From positions 4,096,001 through 4,160,000 of the forward strand of contig CATQHZ020000001.1 of the NCBI GenBank assembly GCA_958296135.2: a DNA stretch of 64,000 nt, written 5' to 3'. The position numbers and the translations under genes were made by a program. The stretch comes from an uncultured Poribacteria bacterium. Lineage in GTDB: Bacteria; Poribacteria; WGA-4E; WGA-3G. Position 1 is the first letter of the stretch. Every line of letters begins with the position of its first letter. The notes below the pieces were generated by a model. The model saw nothing but the letters and a program-made list of their open reading frames with translations. It made no database searches and was not told the origin of the DNA. Below are positions 21,257 to 31,525 of the stretch, in pieces.

Positions 21257-22186
21257 TCACCCGACCAAATACTGAAACACCGCCGACAAATTATCATCGG
21301 GCGAATAAAGTTGCGATACTTCCAAGTCGTGTTCGACGAGCAGCTGCGGGAGACGCGCATAAAACGCATCCGGCTTCGCTGTCTCGATGATGACATCGCC
21401 ATTGATACCGCCGAAGGTGACGCTCAGAATGTCGTCAAAGGGGAGGCAGACCGCGGCCAAGCGACGCGGTTCGGCGGCATTCAAGTAGACCTTGTGCGGG
21501 TGCCCGTCGATGAGTTCGCGGATATCGGAGATGGTGCCCTCCGCCAAAATACGTCCCTGATGGATAAGCAAGATTGTCTCTGTTATCGCCTCTATCTCGT
21601 AGAGGATATGGCTTGAGACTACCATGCTGATGCCTTGTTCGGCGAGTTCGGCGAGAAGATTGAGGATGTGCCGCCTACCAATCGGATCCAACCCGGTCAA
21701 CGGTTCGTCAAGGAAAAGGAGTTCGGGTTCATGCAGGAGTGCCTGCGCGAGTTTGATGCGCTGCCGCATCCCCTTGCTGTATGAACCAATCGGTCTGTCC
21801 TTCGCTGAAAACATGTCAACGGTTTCAAGGGCGCGCAGACTTCGTTCTGCCCCCTCCGTTTTATCATAACCACTCAACGTGGCGAAGAAGGCGATGAACT
21901 CAAAGCCGCTCATAAATTGGTAGGCGAGTTCTATATCTGGACAGTAGCCCACCTGCCGTGTGAGCCCTGGGTTGTTCCAAACAGGTTGCTCTAGCACGGT
22001 GACGGTGCCTTGGTTCGGCTTGAGTTGTCCGGTCATCACTTTGATGAGGCTTGTTTTTCCTGCACCATTCGGGCCGAGTAAGCCGGTTATCCCCGGATAC
22101 ATCGTCAACGTCACATCGTTGACACCCATCACCTCGCCATACCATTTGGAGAGGTTTTCTGTGCGGACAATTGCTTCGTTATTCAT
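21257..22186 (-). CDS. ABC-2 type transporter ATP-binding protein
   Basis: GPNGAGKT, YSKGMRQR, FLDEP, SSH. Confidence 0.92.
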   Translation of the reverse strand: MNNEAIVRTENLSKWYGEVMGVNDVTLTMYPGITGLLGPNGAGKTSLIKVMTGQLKPNQGTVTVLEQPVWNNPGLTRQVGYCPDIELAYQFMSGFEFIAFFATLSGYDKTEGAERSLRALETVDMFSAKDRPIGSYSKGMRQRIKLAQALLHEPELLFLDEPLTGLDPIGRRHILNLLAELAEQGISMVVSSHILYEIEAITETILLIHQGRILAEGTISDIRELIDGHPHKVYLNAAEPRRLAAVCLPFDDILSVTFGGINGDVIIETAKPDAFYARLPQLLVEHDLEVSQLYSPDDNLSAVFQYLVG

Positions 22187-23240
22187 CGGACCCTCCGTGT
22201 ACCGTAGGGCGCGGGCCTGTCCCTCGCCGTGCTGCAGTTTGCCCAAAACTGTCCATGTTTTCGCGAATTTCCAAGGTCGCCTCCAGATTCTGGATGCCTG
22301 CCGTGGTGCCGATGGCGGTGACGCAGGCGGCACCGGTTGCAGCGGCGAGTTCCGCTGTCGCCTTCAAATCCCATCCCATTACCGTTCCTGCGAGAAATCC
22401 TGCAACGTAGGCATCGCCTGCACCCGTCGTATCCACGACGTTGACGGGATATGCAGGCACGAAAATCTCTTCCGAAGGATGTTGAGAGCGGGAGGGCTCT
22501 CCTACCGGCCCCCTGCAGACGTAGCTGCCTTGTGTGCCCATTTTAATGCCGACGGTGTGGATGCCGTAGGCTCTGAAAAATTGGGAGATTTCACGCAACG
22601 GCGGCGATTCGCGCCCCGAGGCATCCCCTACCAAGTGTTGGGCTTCTACCAAACTTGGGAGGAAAATGTCAACGTAAGGCAGGCACGGTTCCAAGGTTTC
22701 TAACCATTTTCCGGTTGCATCCCAGGCGGTATCAAGCGAGGTGGTTATTCCGAGTGCCTTCGCTTTTCGGAGGACGTTTGCCATCGGTTCACCATCAAAG
22801 TTTGGCATGACGAGTGAGCCGCCGATGTGTAGAATCTTCGCGGTTTTGATGATGTCCCAATTGAGTTCTGCCTCGCGGAGTTCGCCGTTGGCACCGAGGT
22901 AATGGCAAAAACTCCGTTCACCATCGGAGGCGACAGCAACGAAGGTGAAGGAAGTGCTCACATCGGTTTCGGAAGCATCCGCTGTCACCATGCCGGTGGT
23001 GTCCACGGCGTTTTCCGTGAGCGTTTGCAAGACGAGATTGCCGAACGCGTCGTTGCCAACTTTGCCCATCGCGCCGACAGATATGCCCAACCGCGCCAGC
23101 GCGATGGCGGTGTTATTTGCACAGCCGCCGCTGTGGATTTCCATTTCGTCAAAAAGTGCGAGTGTGCCCTTGTCGGGGAACCGGTCTATCGGCCGGCCAA
23201 GCACGTCTACGACAAAAATTCCGAGCGATAGCACATCCAT
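22179..23240 (-). CDS. PfkB-family carbohydrate kinase
   Basis: GGCANNTAIALARLG, VGNDAFG, VVDTTGAGDAYVAGF. Confidence 0.92.
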   Translation of the reverse strand: MDVLSLGIFVVDVLGRPIDRFPDKGTLALFDEMEIHSGGCANNTAIALARLGISVGAMGKVGNDAFGNLVLQTLTENAVDTTGMVTADASETDVSTSFTFVAVASDGERSFCHYLGANGELREAELNWDIIKTAKILHIGGSLVMPNFDGEPMANVLRKAKALGITTSLDTAWDATGKWLETLEPCLPYVDIFLPSLVEAQHLVGDASGRESPPLREISQFFRAYGIHTVGIKMGTQGSYVCRGPVGEPSRSQHPSEEIFVPAYPVNVVDTTGAGDAYVAGFLAGTVMGWDLKATAELAAATGAACVTAIGTTAGIQNLEATLEIRENMDSFGQTAARRGTGPRPTVHGGSDE

Positions 23241-23286
23241 TTGTTTACCTCTGCGAACGAAGCATGGCGAGGGCCAGACCTTCGCC

Positions 23287-25341
23287 CTACGGGGCTGTGG
23301 GCCGTTTTGACGCAAACATTATCACTAACGTTTCGTCAGTAGCCTGCTGAACTTCCGCCGTGTTCCTGACCGGGCGCGATGTCCACCCAATCTGCATCGC
23401 GTTCTCTGAATTCAAAAGATATTGTAACACACCTTCGCGCTGTAGGATTTGCGCGAACGCCTTTCGGGGGCCGTCAAGTCCCTCGTCGGGTGGCACTCTT
23501 TTTCGGGTTGTGTCTACTCGGGTCAGGTGCGCTGAATCTATAGACGCTTTATCCCACGAGAAAAATACCTCTTCTACATAAGTCCGCGGATGCCACGGTT
23601 CCACGACTGCTGCACGCACTTGAAATGCAGTGCCTTGGAGGGCTGTTCCTAACCCGCTGCCGGCTGCGCGCTCCACCGGCTCTAACGGACGAATAAAGGT
23701 GCTTTGCGGCAGGTTCATTAATGTTTCTTCACGCGCTGCTGCCCGAAGCGCGACGTAACGCTGTAAATGCGCGCGGTTCCGTTCCGGATAGAGAGATACA
23801 ATGCCGACGCGGTCTGCAGCGATGCGGTTCGGCAAAACCGTTCTCGCGATGCCGAGCGCGCTGATGGACACGAGGACAAGTAACGCGCCGCCTATCCAAT
23901 AGCTGCGTGGCGGCCGCCCGCCCGATGCCCGCGCCCTACGGGGACGCGGCGGCTTTTTACGACGCGCGCGTTGCTTAAAGATGAAGAGCACACCGCCGAA
24001 ACTGAACAGATACACCGGGAACGCAATCGCGAGGAGTTTAATGAGCGGCACCTGTGTCGGCATTTTTTTTAGGAACTGTGCGGCAATCTTCTCCTCGTGG
24101 CTGCGGTGCGGCGCATACCGGTCTGCGAGGTGCCGGGCCGATTTGCCGTGTGTTTCAAGCAGCCTGCGCCAGAAGGTTTCACCTGTCTCTTGTTCTGCCG
24201 AGAGATTGCGGGGGACAGGCCCCCGCACTACGGTAAATGGACGTTTTTCATTCTGCATGCCATAGGATGTCCGCCCGCCTGTGTCCCTCGCCATGCCACG
24301 CGCATTAAAAAGCGCGTCATAGTCAAACGCAAAACAGAGAATCTGACCTTCCCCAAAGTTCCGCTTCGCTATGGAGATGTCTTCGTCAGTGCCTAGCACC
24401 ACTTGGCAGCCATTTTTCGGTTTGAAGACAATGCGTTCGTGTCTTCCGGGCGGAGTCGCGACCGGGAGGGCGCGCCTACCGGTTTGGGATGTCTCAGCAG
24501 TTTCCACGCCGATTAACTGGACCGGGAGGAAGGGTTCAATGAAACTGCCTTGCAGATAGCGGAAATTGCTCCCGCCGGAGACGACGAGGGTGCCGCCGTG
24601 CTGCACCCAATCTAACAACGCAGTTTGCTGTGCTTTGGTGACGTTTCTCGCCGTGAGTGCAACCTCCCGAATGACGAGGATATCGACAGCGTCATATCCT
24701 ATCCACTGCGTGGGGAGCGCGCGTGAATTCGGCAGATACCTGACGTGCGCCTGCGCGTCCTCCCCCACTTGTTGTTTGTCCAGAAATTGCTTGAGTTTGT
24801 CCCCGCTCGGTGCCAACGCTAGCACGAAATAGTCCTTGAGTTGTATCGGTGTCGGCGGTGACATTTCTGTCGCATTAACAATACCGTAGGGCGAGTGCCT
24901 GTCCCCCGCCGCTGTTTTGTTACCAGCACCGTCCGTCTTGACAGCGTCAAGACGGCCTGGTAAACGTGGTTTCTGTCCCGGACGCTGTTGAGCAACGCCT
25001 TGCGAACAACAAAAAACTTGAATTACCAATTTTGTGGCGATTTTCGGACAGTAGATGTAGAACCGTTTCAACTGCTGTTCGGTTGCGCCGAGTTTCAGCG
25101 GCGTGGCATACCGCTGGATGAGCGCGTCTGAAAAGAAATTGCGCACCTCAATGACGAGTTCGCCGATAAACGGTTCGTGCTGACGCTGCACCGTGACATC
25201 CACTGGTGCCCATTTCCCTGTTTTGTAACCGCCGTTGAATCCGAACGTGACATTCTCCACATCCACCGCGCCGGAGGAAACCGAAGTTGTGAGCATCAAG
25301 AGGAACAGGCTTATGAGATAAGGCGTGCGGGATTGATACAT
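23287..25341 (-). CDS. Membrane protein with class I glutamine-amidotransferase-like domain, carrying multiple REP-derived inserts
   Basis: Signal peptide; WIGYDAVDILVI..LLDWVQHGGTLVVSGG; two TM helices. Confidence 0.6.
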   Translation of the reverse strand: MYQSRTPYLISLFLLMLTTSVSSGAVDVENVTFGFNGGYKTGKWAPVDVTVQRQHEPFIGELVIEVRNFFSDALIQRYATPLKLGATEQQLKRFYIYCPKIATKLVIQVFCCSQGVAQQRPGQKPRLPGRLDAVKTDGAGNKTAAGDRHSPYGIVNATEMSPPTPIQLKDYFVLALAPSGDKLKQFLDKQQVGEDAQAHVRYLPNSRALPTQWIGYDAVDILVIREVALTARNVTKAQQTALLDWVQHGGTLVVSGGSNFRYLQGSFIEPFLPVQLIGVETAETSQTGRRALPVATPPGRHERIVFKPKNGCQVVLGTDEDISIAKRNFGEGQILCFAFDYDALFNARGMARDTGGRTSYGMQNEKRPFTVVRGPVPRNLSAEQETGETFWRRLLETHGKSARHLADRYAPHRSHEEKIAAQFLKKMPTQVPLIKLLAIAFPVYLFSFGGVLFIFKQRARRKKPPRPRRARASGGRPPRSYWIGGALLVLVSISALGIARTVLPNRIAADRVGIVSLYPERNRAHLQRYVALRAAAREETLMNLPQSTFIRPLEPVERAAGSGLGTALQGTAFQVRAAVVEPWHPRTYVEEVFFSWDKASIDSAHLTRVDTTRKRVPPDEGLDGPRKAFAQILQREGVLQYLLNSENAMQIGWTSRPVRNTAEVQQATDETLVIMFASKRPTAP

Positions 25342-26210
25342 AGTTGCGTCTCCACTGCGCCGTCAAAGGCGTGCGTGCTAAAAACGCCGTTGCCTAACAT
25401 AATCATTGATGCGATGCCGCCGTTTGCTTCAATCTGCGCGATTGTCTCAATAACGCGCGCATCGCTGAGCAGGCCGCTCTCCACGGAAAACTGCTTGGAT
25501 ACCTCAAAACAGGCGGTGAGGCGCTCGGAGCTCGGTTCAGTGCGCGAGAGAGTTCTCAAGACAGCCAACGCCGTGTCAGCCGCCCGATTGATACGCGCTG
25601 TCTGTTCAGGATTGCCTAGCACCGCGCTCGTCTGAATTGGGCCGAAGTACCGATAATAGATGGGTTGTTCGGCAATGGGCAATCTGTCGGCGACGAGCGG
25701 CGCGCCTTCCTGCAGTTTGACGAGGAAGCCGCCGTGATATTGCGAACAGACATCGCCCAACCCGGTCCGATTCTCCACTTCAGCGACATGCGCTATCATG
25801 GCGAGTGCCTCGGACGTTTTGCCGATGCCGAGTTGTTCGTTGAGCGCGTATGCAGTTGCGAGTGCAGCGGCACCGCTTAACCCGAAGCCACATCCTAACG
25901 GCAGTGCTGAATAAATGGACACCTTGGTTCGCGAAGGATAGCCTATCTCGCTACGGGCAACGTTTCCATCTGTGAGTTTATCCACAACGGCTTGCACTGT
26001 CGGAAAACCGATCGCCGCGCCATTAAAGCAGATTTCTGTCTCATGATGTGGGGACACGGTGACGGTGACACCCTCTTTCACGGTAAACCCCATGCCGAGG
26101 GAGTGCATCCGGGTTGCGTCGGCGTGTGGAATAATTTTGAAGATACAAGAGATGTTGCCGGGGGCAAATGCGCCGGTCATGTTTTTTGTATGTCGCAATG
26201 CGTTGTTCAT
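25311..26210 (-). CDS. Archaeal-type pantoate kinase (GHMP family)
   Basis: AFAPGNISCIF, LPLGCGFGLSGAAAL, AHVAEV..RTGLGDV, MIMLGNGVF. Confidence 0.8.
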   Translation of the reverse strand: MNNALRHTKNMTGAFAPGNISCIFKIIPHADATRMHSLGMGFTVKEGVTVTVSPHHETEICFNGAAIGFPTVQAVVDKLTDGNVARSEIGYPSRTKVSIYSALPLGCGFGLSGAAALATAYALNEQLGIGKTSEALAMIAHVAEVENRTGLGDVCSQYHGGFLVKLQEGAPLVADRLPIAEQPIYYRYFGPIQTSAVLGNPEQTARINRAADTALAVLRTLSRTEPSSERLTACFEVSKQFSVESGLLSDARVIETIAQIEANGGIASMIMLGNGVFSTHAFDGAVETQLCINPARLIS

Positions 26211-26324
26211 CTGCCGCTAGGATAAGAACATTTGCCTTAGCAGGCCGTCTTCACGGTAATCAGTCAAGTTTACACCGCCGCTCGCCTGTCTTGAGAGACA
26301 GGACCGGTGTCAAGACTTGCATAC

Positions 26325-26765
26325 CTAACTCAGCAGATTCAGATCTGCTATCTCAAAGTGCCGGTCGAACCCGAAAACATCAGCGATTTCGTATTCCTTA
26401 CAAATGACGAAACTGGTGCAATCTGTGAAGGCCAATCGGGCAGTGTTGTATTGACGAAAAAGTTCTTCAGCTTTCTTAAACCTGTCTGCATCAATTCTTC
26501 TCAGGGTTAAATCACCCTTTTCGACAGCACCATGAATGAAGTCGAGGAACTGAACGGCGGCAAAGTGGCTCGCGTCATATCTGATGCGTGTAACTGCCTC
26601 ATCAATGACGTAGTCTGTAGTGAACATTTGGACTCGCTGCTGTCGCAGCCGGTCGTGAATTGCCGTGGCCTGCGCGTGATACCCATCTCGGCGGTTTGCA
26701 CGTGCAATCCACGCGCCAGCATCGACAAAAACCTTCTCAGGTATCCAATTCATAGATGACACCAT
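26325..26765 (-). CDS. PIN-domain (VapC-like) ribonuclease
   Basis: VFVDAGAWIA..TTDYVIDE..FTDCTSF..FGFDRHF. Confidence 0.88.
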   Translation of the reverse strand: MVSSMNWIPEKVFVDAGAWIARANRRDGYHAQATAIHDRLRQQRVQMFTTDYVIDEAVTRIRYDASHFAAVQFLDFIHGAVEKGDLTLRRIDADRFKKAEELFRQYNTARLAFTDCTSFVICKEYEIADVFGFDRHFEIADLNLLS

Positions 26766-26799
26766 GGTTGATAGAACCGTTACGCCTATACTTTGAATC

Positions 26800-27873
26800 T
26801 CAGATTTCCCGAGTCTTCCCTTTTTCCGTAGTCTCCTCGGATGCCGATGCCGCTGTGAGTGCTGCTATCTCATCAAGCCGCGCGATGGATTCGGCGTATC
26901 CTCTGTCCATGCGTACATACCGCTCTTCAAGGGTTTCCTCGCTGATATAGCGGCACTCCACACCCATCGTGAAATATCGGACGAGGCTCACGGATTGCCG
27001 AAGGATGCCCGTGAACACCGTCTGAACACTCCGGCCATCGAAGCCGAAACTATTGGCAATCTGTCGGTAGTTGCACGCCTTGCGCTGCGCCGCGCTGCCG
27101 TACTTCAACTGCTGCAATTCACGCAGAAAATGGCCGTATTTGCCAAGTTTCTCGCCACGATAGCGCAAGATATCCGTGAAACAAGCGAGATTGTCTTTCC
27201 CTTCCAACGCCTGCCGTTGCGCATCCGGCACCGTCTTTTTTAAAGCCTTGATGTTCAAGGAATCAATACAGAGCGTGTAAAGGCTTGATACGAGCGCGTC
27301 AAAATCGCGCTGTTCGTCCGGTGCTGGCACTGTCAAGTCGGCGATGTAGGGTTCCTCGCCCGCCGCCAGCAGCAACTGCCAGCCGAGGTATTCGTAACAC
27401 TTTGAGCGCAGCTCGTAATACGCTTCCCGAAACCGATGCCGGGGTTGTTCGGCATCCCTAAAGGGGATATGTTTGATGTAAGTCTCATAATACCCCTCAC
27501 TCACGCCACCATTTGGCGCGATGTTGTGCGTGCGCCAGTGCTGTTGCTCCTCATACGGTAGCCTGCTGAGGCACGGCAATAGGACACTGACCTTCTCGCC
27601 ACCGTAGTTGTCAATAGGGATGCTCCAATGCTCGTCTAGACAGACGAGGCGCATGTCCCAGACAAAATAGTCATCAGGCTTTTCTCGATATTTGTCTAAC
27701 ACCCGCGTGTCAAAATCGACAAAGATGGGGTTGTTCGTCATCCCGCGTGTCAGTGGGAAGAACACGTTTTTTGTTAAGTTCGCTGCACGCGTCAGTTCCT
27801 GCCCATTTTCGTCAACACCGATGATAAATGCAACGGGGGATTTTTGGTTCGTGCCAGTCTGTTTAGATTTCAT
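26800..27873 (-). CDS. Hypothetical protein, possibly with a degenerate HEPN-like C-terminal domain
   Basis: 357-aa ORF with AAGGAG RBS; VLDKY..IDN..LPYEEQQHW..NI.P; LRELQQLKYGSAAQRK. Confidence 0.55.
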   Translation of the reverse strand: MKSKQTGTNQKSPVAFIIGVDENGQELTRAANLTKNVFFPLTRGMTNNPIFVDFDTRVLDKYREKPDDYFVWDMRLVCLDEHWSIPIDNYGGEKVSVLLPCLSRLPYEEQQHWRTHNIAPNGGVSEGYYETYIKHIPFRDAEQPRHRFREAYYELRSKCYEYLGWQLLLAAGEEPYIADLTVPAPDEQRDFDALVSSLYTLCIDSLNIKALKKTVPDAQRQALEGKDNLACFTDILRYRGEKLGKYGHFLRELQQLKYGSAAQRKACNYRQIANSFGFDGRSVQTVFTGILRQSVSLVRYFTMGVECRYISEETLEERYVRMDRGYAESIARLDEIAALTAASASEETTEKGKTREI

Positions 27874-28007
27874 TGTTGAAATATCTCCTTTGCGCTAGGG
27901 GATTTCAAATCATTAGGACTTACGCAGAAAAGACTTCGGTAGGCGCGCGTTGTAAGCGCGCCACCGCGCCTACCGGACAGAAGATATAGATTTGCGGACT
28001 TCCTATT

Positions 28008-28036
28008 ATGATAACATATTTCAAATCGTTTGGCAA
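28008..28036 (-). promoter_or_regulatory. sigma70-type promoter for 27873 + vapC
   Basis: Minus strand TTGCCA-17 bp-TATCAT with extended TG. Confidence 0.55.
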
Positions 28037-28239
28037 GTTTTTGTCCGTCGCAAGGCGTTCGGTGAGCCTCTCTTATGCAGTGAAGGGAGTCTTCCCAGGT
28101 CATCTTGACGTTGTCAAGACTTGCAGTCTTTGGCTGCAAGAAAAGACAACGTCTTTTCGGCCTGGTAAGGGGCCGTGCTCATTGAATTCGCGGCCAAGGA
28201 ACGGATTGCGAAGCAGGAATAATTGGGCCTGTGGGAGGG

Positions 28240-29643
28240 TTACACAGCCCGCCGGGGCGGCGCGTATCTCGGATGGAAAGCACCTTCGCTGCCCTGGTCC
28301 GCTTCGATTTTCGCCGCTTGCCCACCGCCGGTGACAGAACATCTAGCACCGTCTAATTCGGGGAGGACATACCGATTAAACCACGCGCCCATCTGTTGGC
28401 GCATGTGGGTGATGCGCGCCTGCTGCGACTTCTCATCGCTCAGGTTTTTCCGTTCGCCCGGGTCATTGACTAAATCGTAGAGTTCGTGCGGGCCGTAGGG
28501 ATAGCGGTGGACATATTTCCACTCCTGCGTGCGAATCATGCGGACGGGGCCGTATTCGTCAAAGATGACGATTTCGTCTTTCGCGTCGTTCGTTTCGCCG
28601 GAAAGTGCCGGAACAAAACTTCGCCCGGGGCTCATCTCATCGTTCGGAGCTGGAAGGCCGAGGTAGTCCAGCAGCGTCGGCATGAAATCGTATTGGCTCA
28701 CCATCGCCTCGCTGATGCGCCCTTCAGGGATGCGCCCCGGATGACTGACGATGAACGGGACTTTCACCGAGTTTTCATACATATTCAGCGGGAAGGTGCC
28801 GTTGCCTTTATGCCAAAAGCCGTGATGCCCACACGAATAACCGTTATCACTGCTGAAAACGATGAGCGTGTTCTCGCGAATGCCGAGTTGCGCGAGCCGC
28901 TCTAAAATTCTGCCGACGTTTAAATCGAGTGCTGTTATCGCCGCGAAATAGCCTTTCAACGATTCGCGATTGCCCATGTGGACAGCGGCACCCTGCACCG
29001 CCCACGGATGCAACGCCTCCTGCGGACACGTCTTGAACGGACAGTCATCGTAGGAATCAACAATATCCTGCGGATGCCCGGTAAACGGCGTGTGCGGCGC
29101 GTTGTAGTTCACGCTCAGGTAGAAGGGGCCCCCCTTATTCTCAGAGATGAAATCCAGCGCGTCATCGGTGATGACATCGGTGAGGTAGCCGCGGTGCATT
29201 TCTACCTGCCCATTACGAATCATGTCCGCGTCGTTATATTTGCTGCCGCCGGTGGGCAAAGCGAACCAGTGACTGAACCCGTGCTGCGGTGTCAAGCTAT
29301 CGCCGAGGTGCCACTTGCCGCTGAGCCCGACAGTATAGTTACTGTCGGCGAGGACATCGGTGTAACAGGTGAGCCCATCTAAATACCGGGCCGGATTCGG
29401 CGGCATGTTTCCATCGCGAATCCAGTCATGCACGCCGTGTGCGGAGGGAATGCGACCGGTCATCAGGCTGGCGCGTGCCGGTGAGCAGACGGGGCTGGTG
29501 CAGAAGAAATTCGGGAAGCGGGTGCCTTCTGAAGCGAGCCTATTGAGAGAGGGGGTGCGCACTTCATCGTTGCCGCAGCAGCCGGCTGCCCACGGGCCCT
29601 GGTCATCGGTTAAAATGAAAATGACGTTGGGTTGGGTTTGCAT
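28240..29643 (-). CDS. Sulfatase (Cys-type, FGly-dependent)
   Basis: PNVIFILTDD, CSPARASLMTGR, GKWHLG, SDNG; likely start ATG 29643. Confidence 0.93.
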   Translation of the reverse strand: MQTQPNVIFILTDDQGPWAAGCCGNDEVRTPSLNRLASEGTRFPNFFCTSPVCSPARASLMTGRIPSAHGVHDWIRDGNMPPNPARYLDGLTCYTDVLADSNYTVGLSGKWHLGDSLTPQHGFSHWFALPTGGSKYNDADMIRNGQVEMHRGYLTDVITDDALDFISENKGGPFYLSVNYNAPHTPFTGHPQDIVDSYDDCPFKTCPQEALHPWAVQGAAVHMGNRESLKGYFAAITALDLNVGRILERLAQLGIRENTLIVFSSDNGYSCGHHGFWHKGNGTFPLNMYENSVKVPFIVSHPGRIPEGRISEAMVSQYDFMPTLLDYLGLPAPNDEMSPGRSFVPALSGETNDAKDEIVIFDEYGPVRMIRTQEWKYVHRYPYGPHELYDLVNDPGERKNLSDEKSQQARITHMRQQMGAWFNRYVLPELDGARCSVTGGGQAAKIEADQGSEGAFHPRYAPPRRAV

Positions 29644-29737
29644 TGTGAATCCTCTATAGATATTCGTCCTTTGTTCCCGTAGGGCGAGGGGCTGTCCCTC
29701 GCCGTGCCTCAACGCGAGTCTCGGGATAGACATCCGG

Positions 29738-30589
29738 CTATGCCACCGGAAATCCATCGCCGACAAGCGGTTCGCCATCCGCCACCTCAATCGCAGGGAC
29801 GAGGATGTGGCCGGGGGATTGCGCGTTGTTATAGCAGACTCCTTGCGCCATGAAAATCATCACAAACGCACGCCGTTGCCATTCGGTGACGTTCGGCGGG
29901 GTACCGTGAAAGTTTAAGCAGTGATGGAACATGCACTCGCCTGCTTTCAATTCGACTGGGATACCGTGACTAATGTCCATGTTTTGCCGTTCATTCCACT
30001 GATTCGGTGGCAGTTCGCGGCCTTCTTCCCGCGCTTTGGCGGCGGCTGCGTTCGCCCTGGCTCTCGCAGCGACAGAGAAGCGTTCATCTTTGTGGCTCTT
30101 CGGCATGACATGCATGCAGCCGCTGTCCACGGTTGCATCGTCTAGTGCGAGCCAGCAGCTGACGATATTCGGAGGGCTGAGCGGCCAAAAGAAAAAGTCG
30201 TGGTGGAAGCCGAAGTGCCCATTGTCGTGCGGCGGCTTGGAAATCACCTGGTCGTGCCATAAGCGCGCATCTGGCGTATCCAAAAGGGCCCGCACTGTCC
30301 CTGCGATGAGCGGATGGTGGATGGCACGTTCATAGTGGCCATCGCGCTTCCACATATTCACGTATTGGTGAATAGCGCGGGGGTGGCCGCTCCCTCGATT
30401 GAGCCGATTCTCACCCCGGTCGTGTCCATATTTGAATTCGGGGGACGAATCGTCGCCTGCGCCGAGTTCTAATTCAATAACGGCATCCAACCCGGCGCGC
30501 ATTGCCTCAACTTCTGCGCTATCTAAAACCTTGCCGAATTTGAGGTAGCCGTTCTCCTGAAAGAAATCGATCTGTTGTTGTGTTACCAT
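29738..30589 (-). CDS. Phytanoyl-CoA dioxygenase (PhyH) family protein
   Basis: FFQENGY, HHD, WLALDDA..GCM..PKSH, H facial triad. Confidence 0.88.
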   Translation of the reverse strand: MVTQQQIDFFQENGYLKFGKVLDSAEVEAMRAGLDAVIELELGAGDDSSPEFKYGHDRGENRLNRGSGHPRAIHQYVNMWKRDGHYERAIHHPLIAGTVRALLDTPDARLWHDQVISKPPHDNGHFGFHHDFFFWPLSPPNIVSCWLALDDATVDSGCMHVMPKSHKDERFSVAARARANAAAAKAREEGRELPPNQWNERQNMDISHGIPVELKAGECMFHHCLNFHGTPPNVTEWQRRAFVMIFMAQGVCYNNAQSPGHILVPAIEVADGEPLVGDGFPVA

Positions 30590-30639
30590 GCTATTTCTCC
30601 TATGATGAAGGCTTAGCAAAGCCATCATTTTCAGTCTGA

Positions 30640-31398
30640 TTATATCGGAAATTGATGATTTCCCGCTGTTAATCCGCCATCAATAACGAAAACAGCACCT
30701 GTGGCAAAATTGGCTTCATCGGAGGCGAGGAAAAGCGCGGCGTTGGCGATGTCTATCGGTTGCCCAATGCGTCCGAGCGGATACCACGGCGTGATTTCCG
30801 CCAAAATCTTCGGGTTGCGTTCAAGCATCGGTTCCCACACCTCTGTCTGGATAGTTCCGGGGCAGATGCAATTGATGCGAATGTTATGTTTGCCGTGTGC
30901 TACGGCCATGGAGCGGGTTAACGCAATCACGCCGCCTTTCGCCGCAGAATAGGCATGGATGCCTTGCAATCCAATGAGGCCGTTGACAGAAGCGATATTG
31001 ACGATGCTGCCTCCGCCACCTTGTTGCATCACCGGGAGAACCGCTTCGGTGCAGTTGCTGGTGCCACGAAGAGCGACTGCCAAATTCGCCTCCCAATTGT
31101 TGTTTAAAACGTCTGCCGTTGCACAGATAGCGTTGTTTACCAATATGTCAACTTTTCCATAAGCGTCACCTGCCGCCGCGATGAGGCGTTCTGCTGCGTC
31201 GGCATCGGCAACATCGGCGTTAATGAATATCGCTTTTCTGCCTGCATCCGTGATGGCGGAAACGGTTGCCGTACCGAGGGTGTCATTTACGTCATCAACG
31301 ACGACGGTGGCCCCTTCTTGTGCGAAGCGGATGGCGATGGCTTTGCCGATGCCGCGCCCAGCTCCTGTGACGATGGCGATTTTATTTTTGAGACGCAT
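30640..31398 (-). CDS. Short-chain dehydrogenase/reductase
   Basis: TGAGRGIG, NNA, YSAAK. Confidence 0.93.
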   Translation of the reverse strand: MRLKNKIAIVTGAGRGIGKAIAIRFAQEGATVVVDDVNDTLGTATVSAITDAGRKAIFINADVADADAAERLIAAAGDAYGKVDILVNNAICATADVLNNNWEANLAVALRGTSNCTEAVLPVMQQGGGGSIVNIASVNGLIGLQGIHAYSAAKGGVIALTRSMAVAHGKHNIRINCICPGTIQTEVWEPMLERNPKILAEITPWYPLGRIGQPIDIANAALFLASDEANFATGAVFVIDGGLTAGNHQFPI

Positions 31399-31525
31399 CT
31401 TGTTTTTTCTCTGGTTATGCCGACTATTTCAAGACGTTTTTTACCTTGTTTTTTTCTGCGTTGAGTGGTAGAATAGTGACATCCACATTAAAGTGCATTC
31501 TTAAACGCGTAAGGAGAATCAAGAC

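Noticed and set aside
22187-22333. Long N-terminal ORF-track extensions (also at 23315, 29790, 36873, 45911, 52830, 57431)
   Set aside because: They run through REPs, promoters or neighbouring genes; downstream ATGs fit RBS and family starts better, so these were not counted as coding REP insertions.
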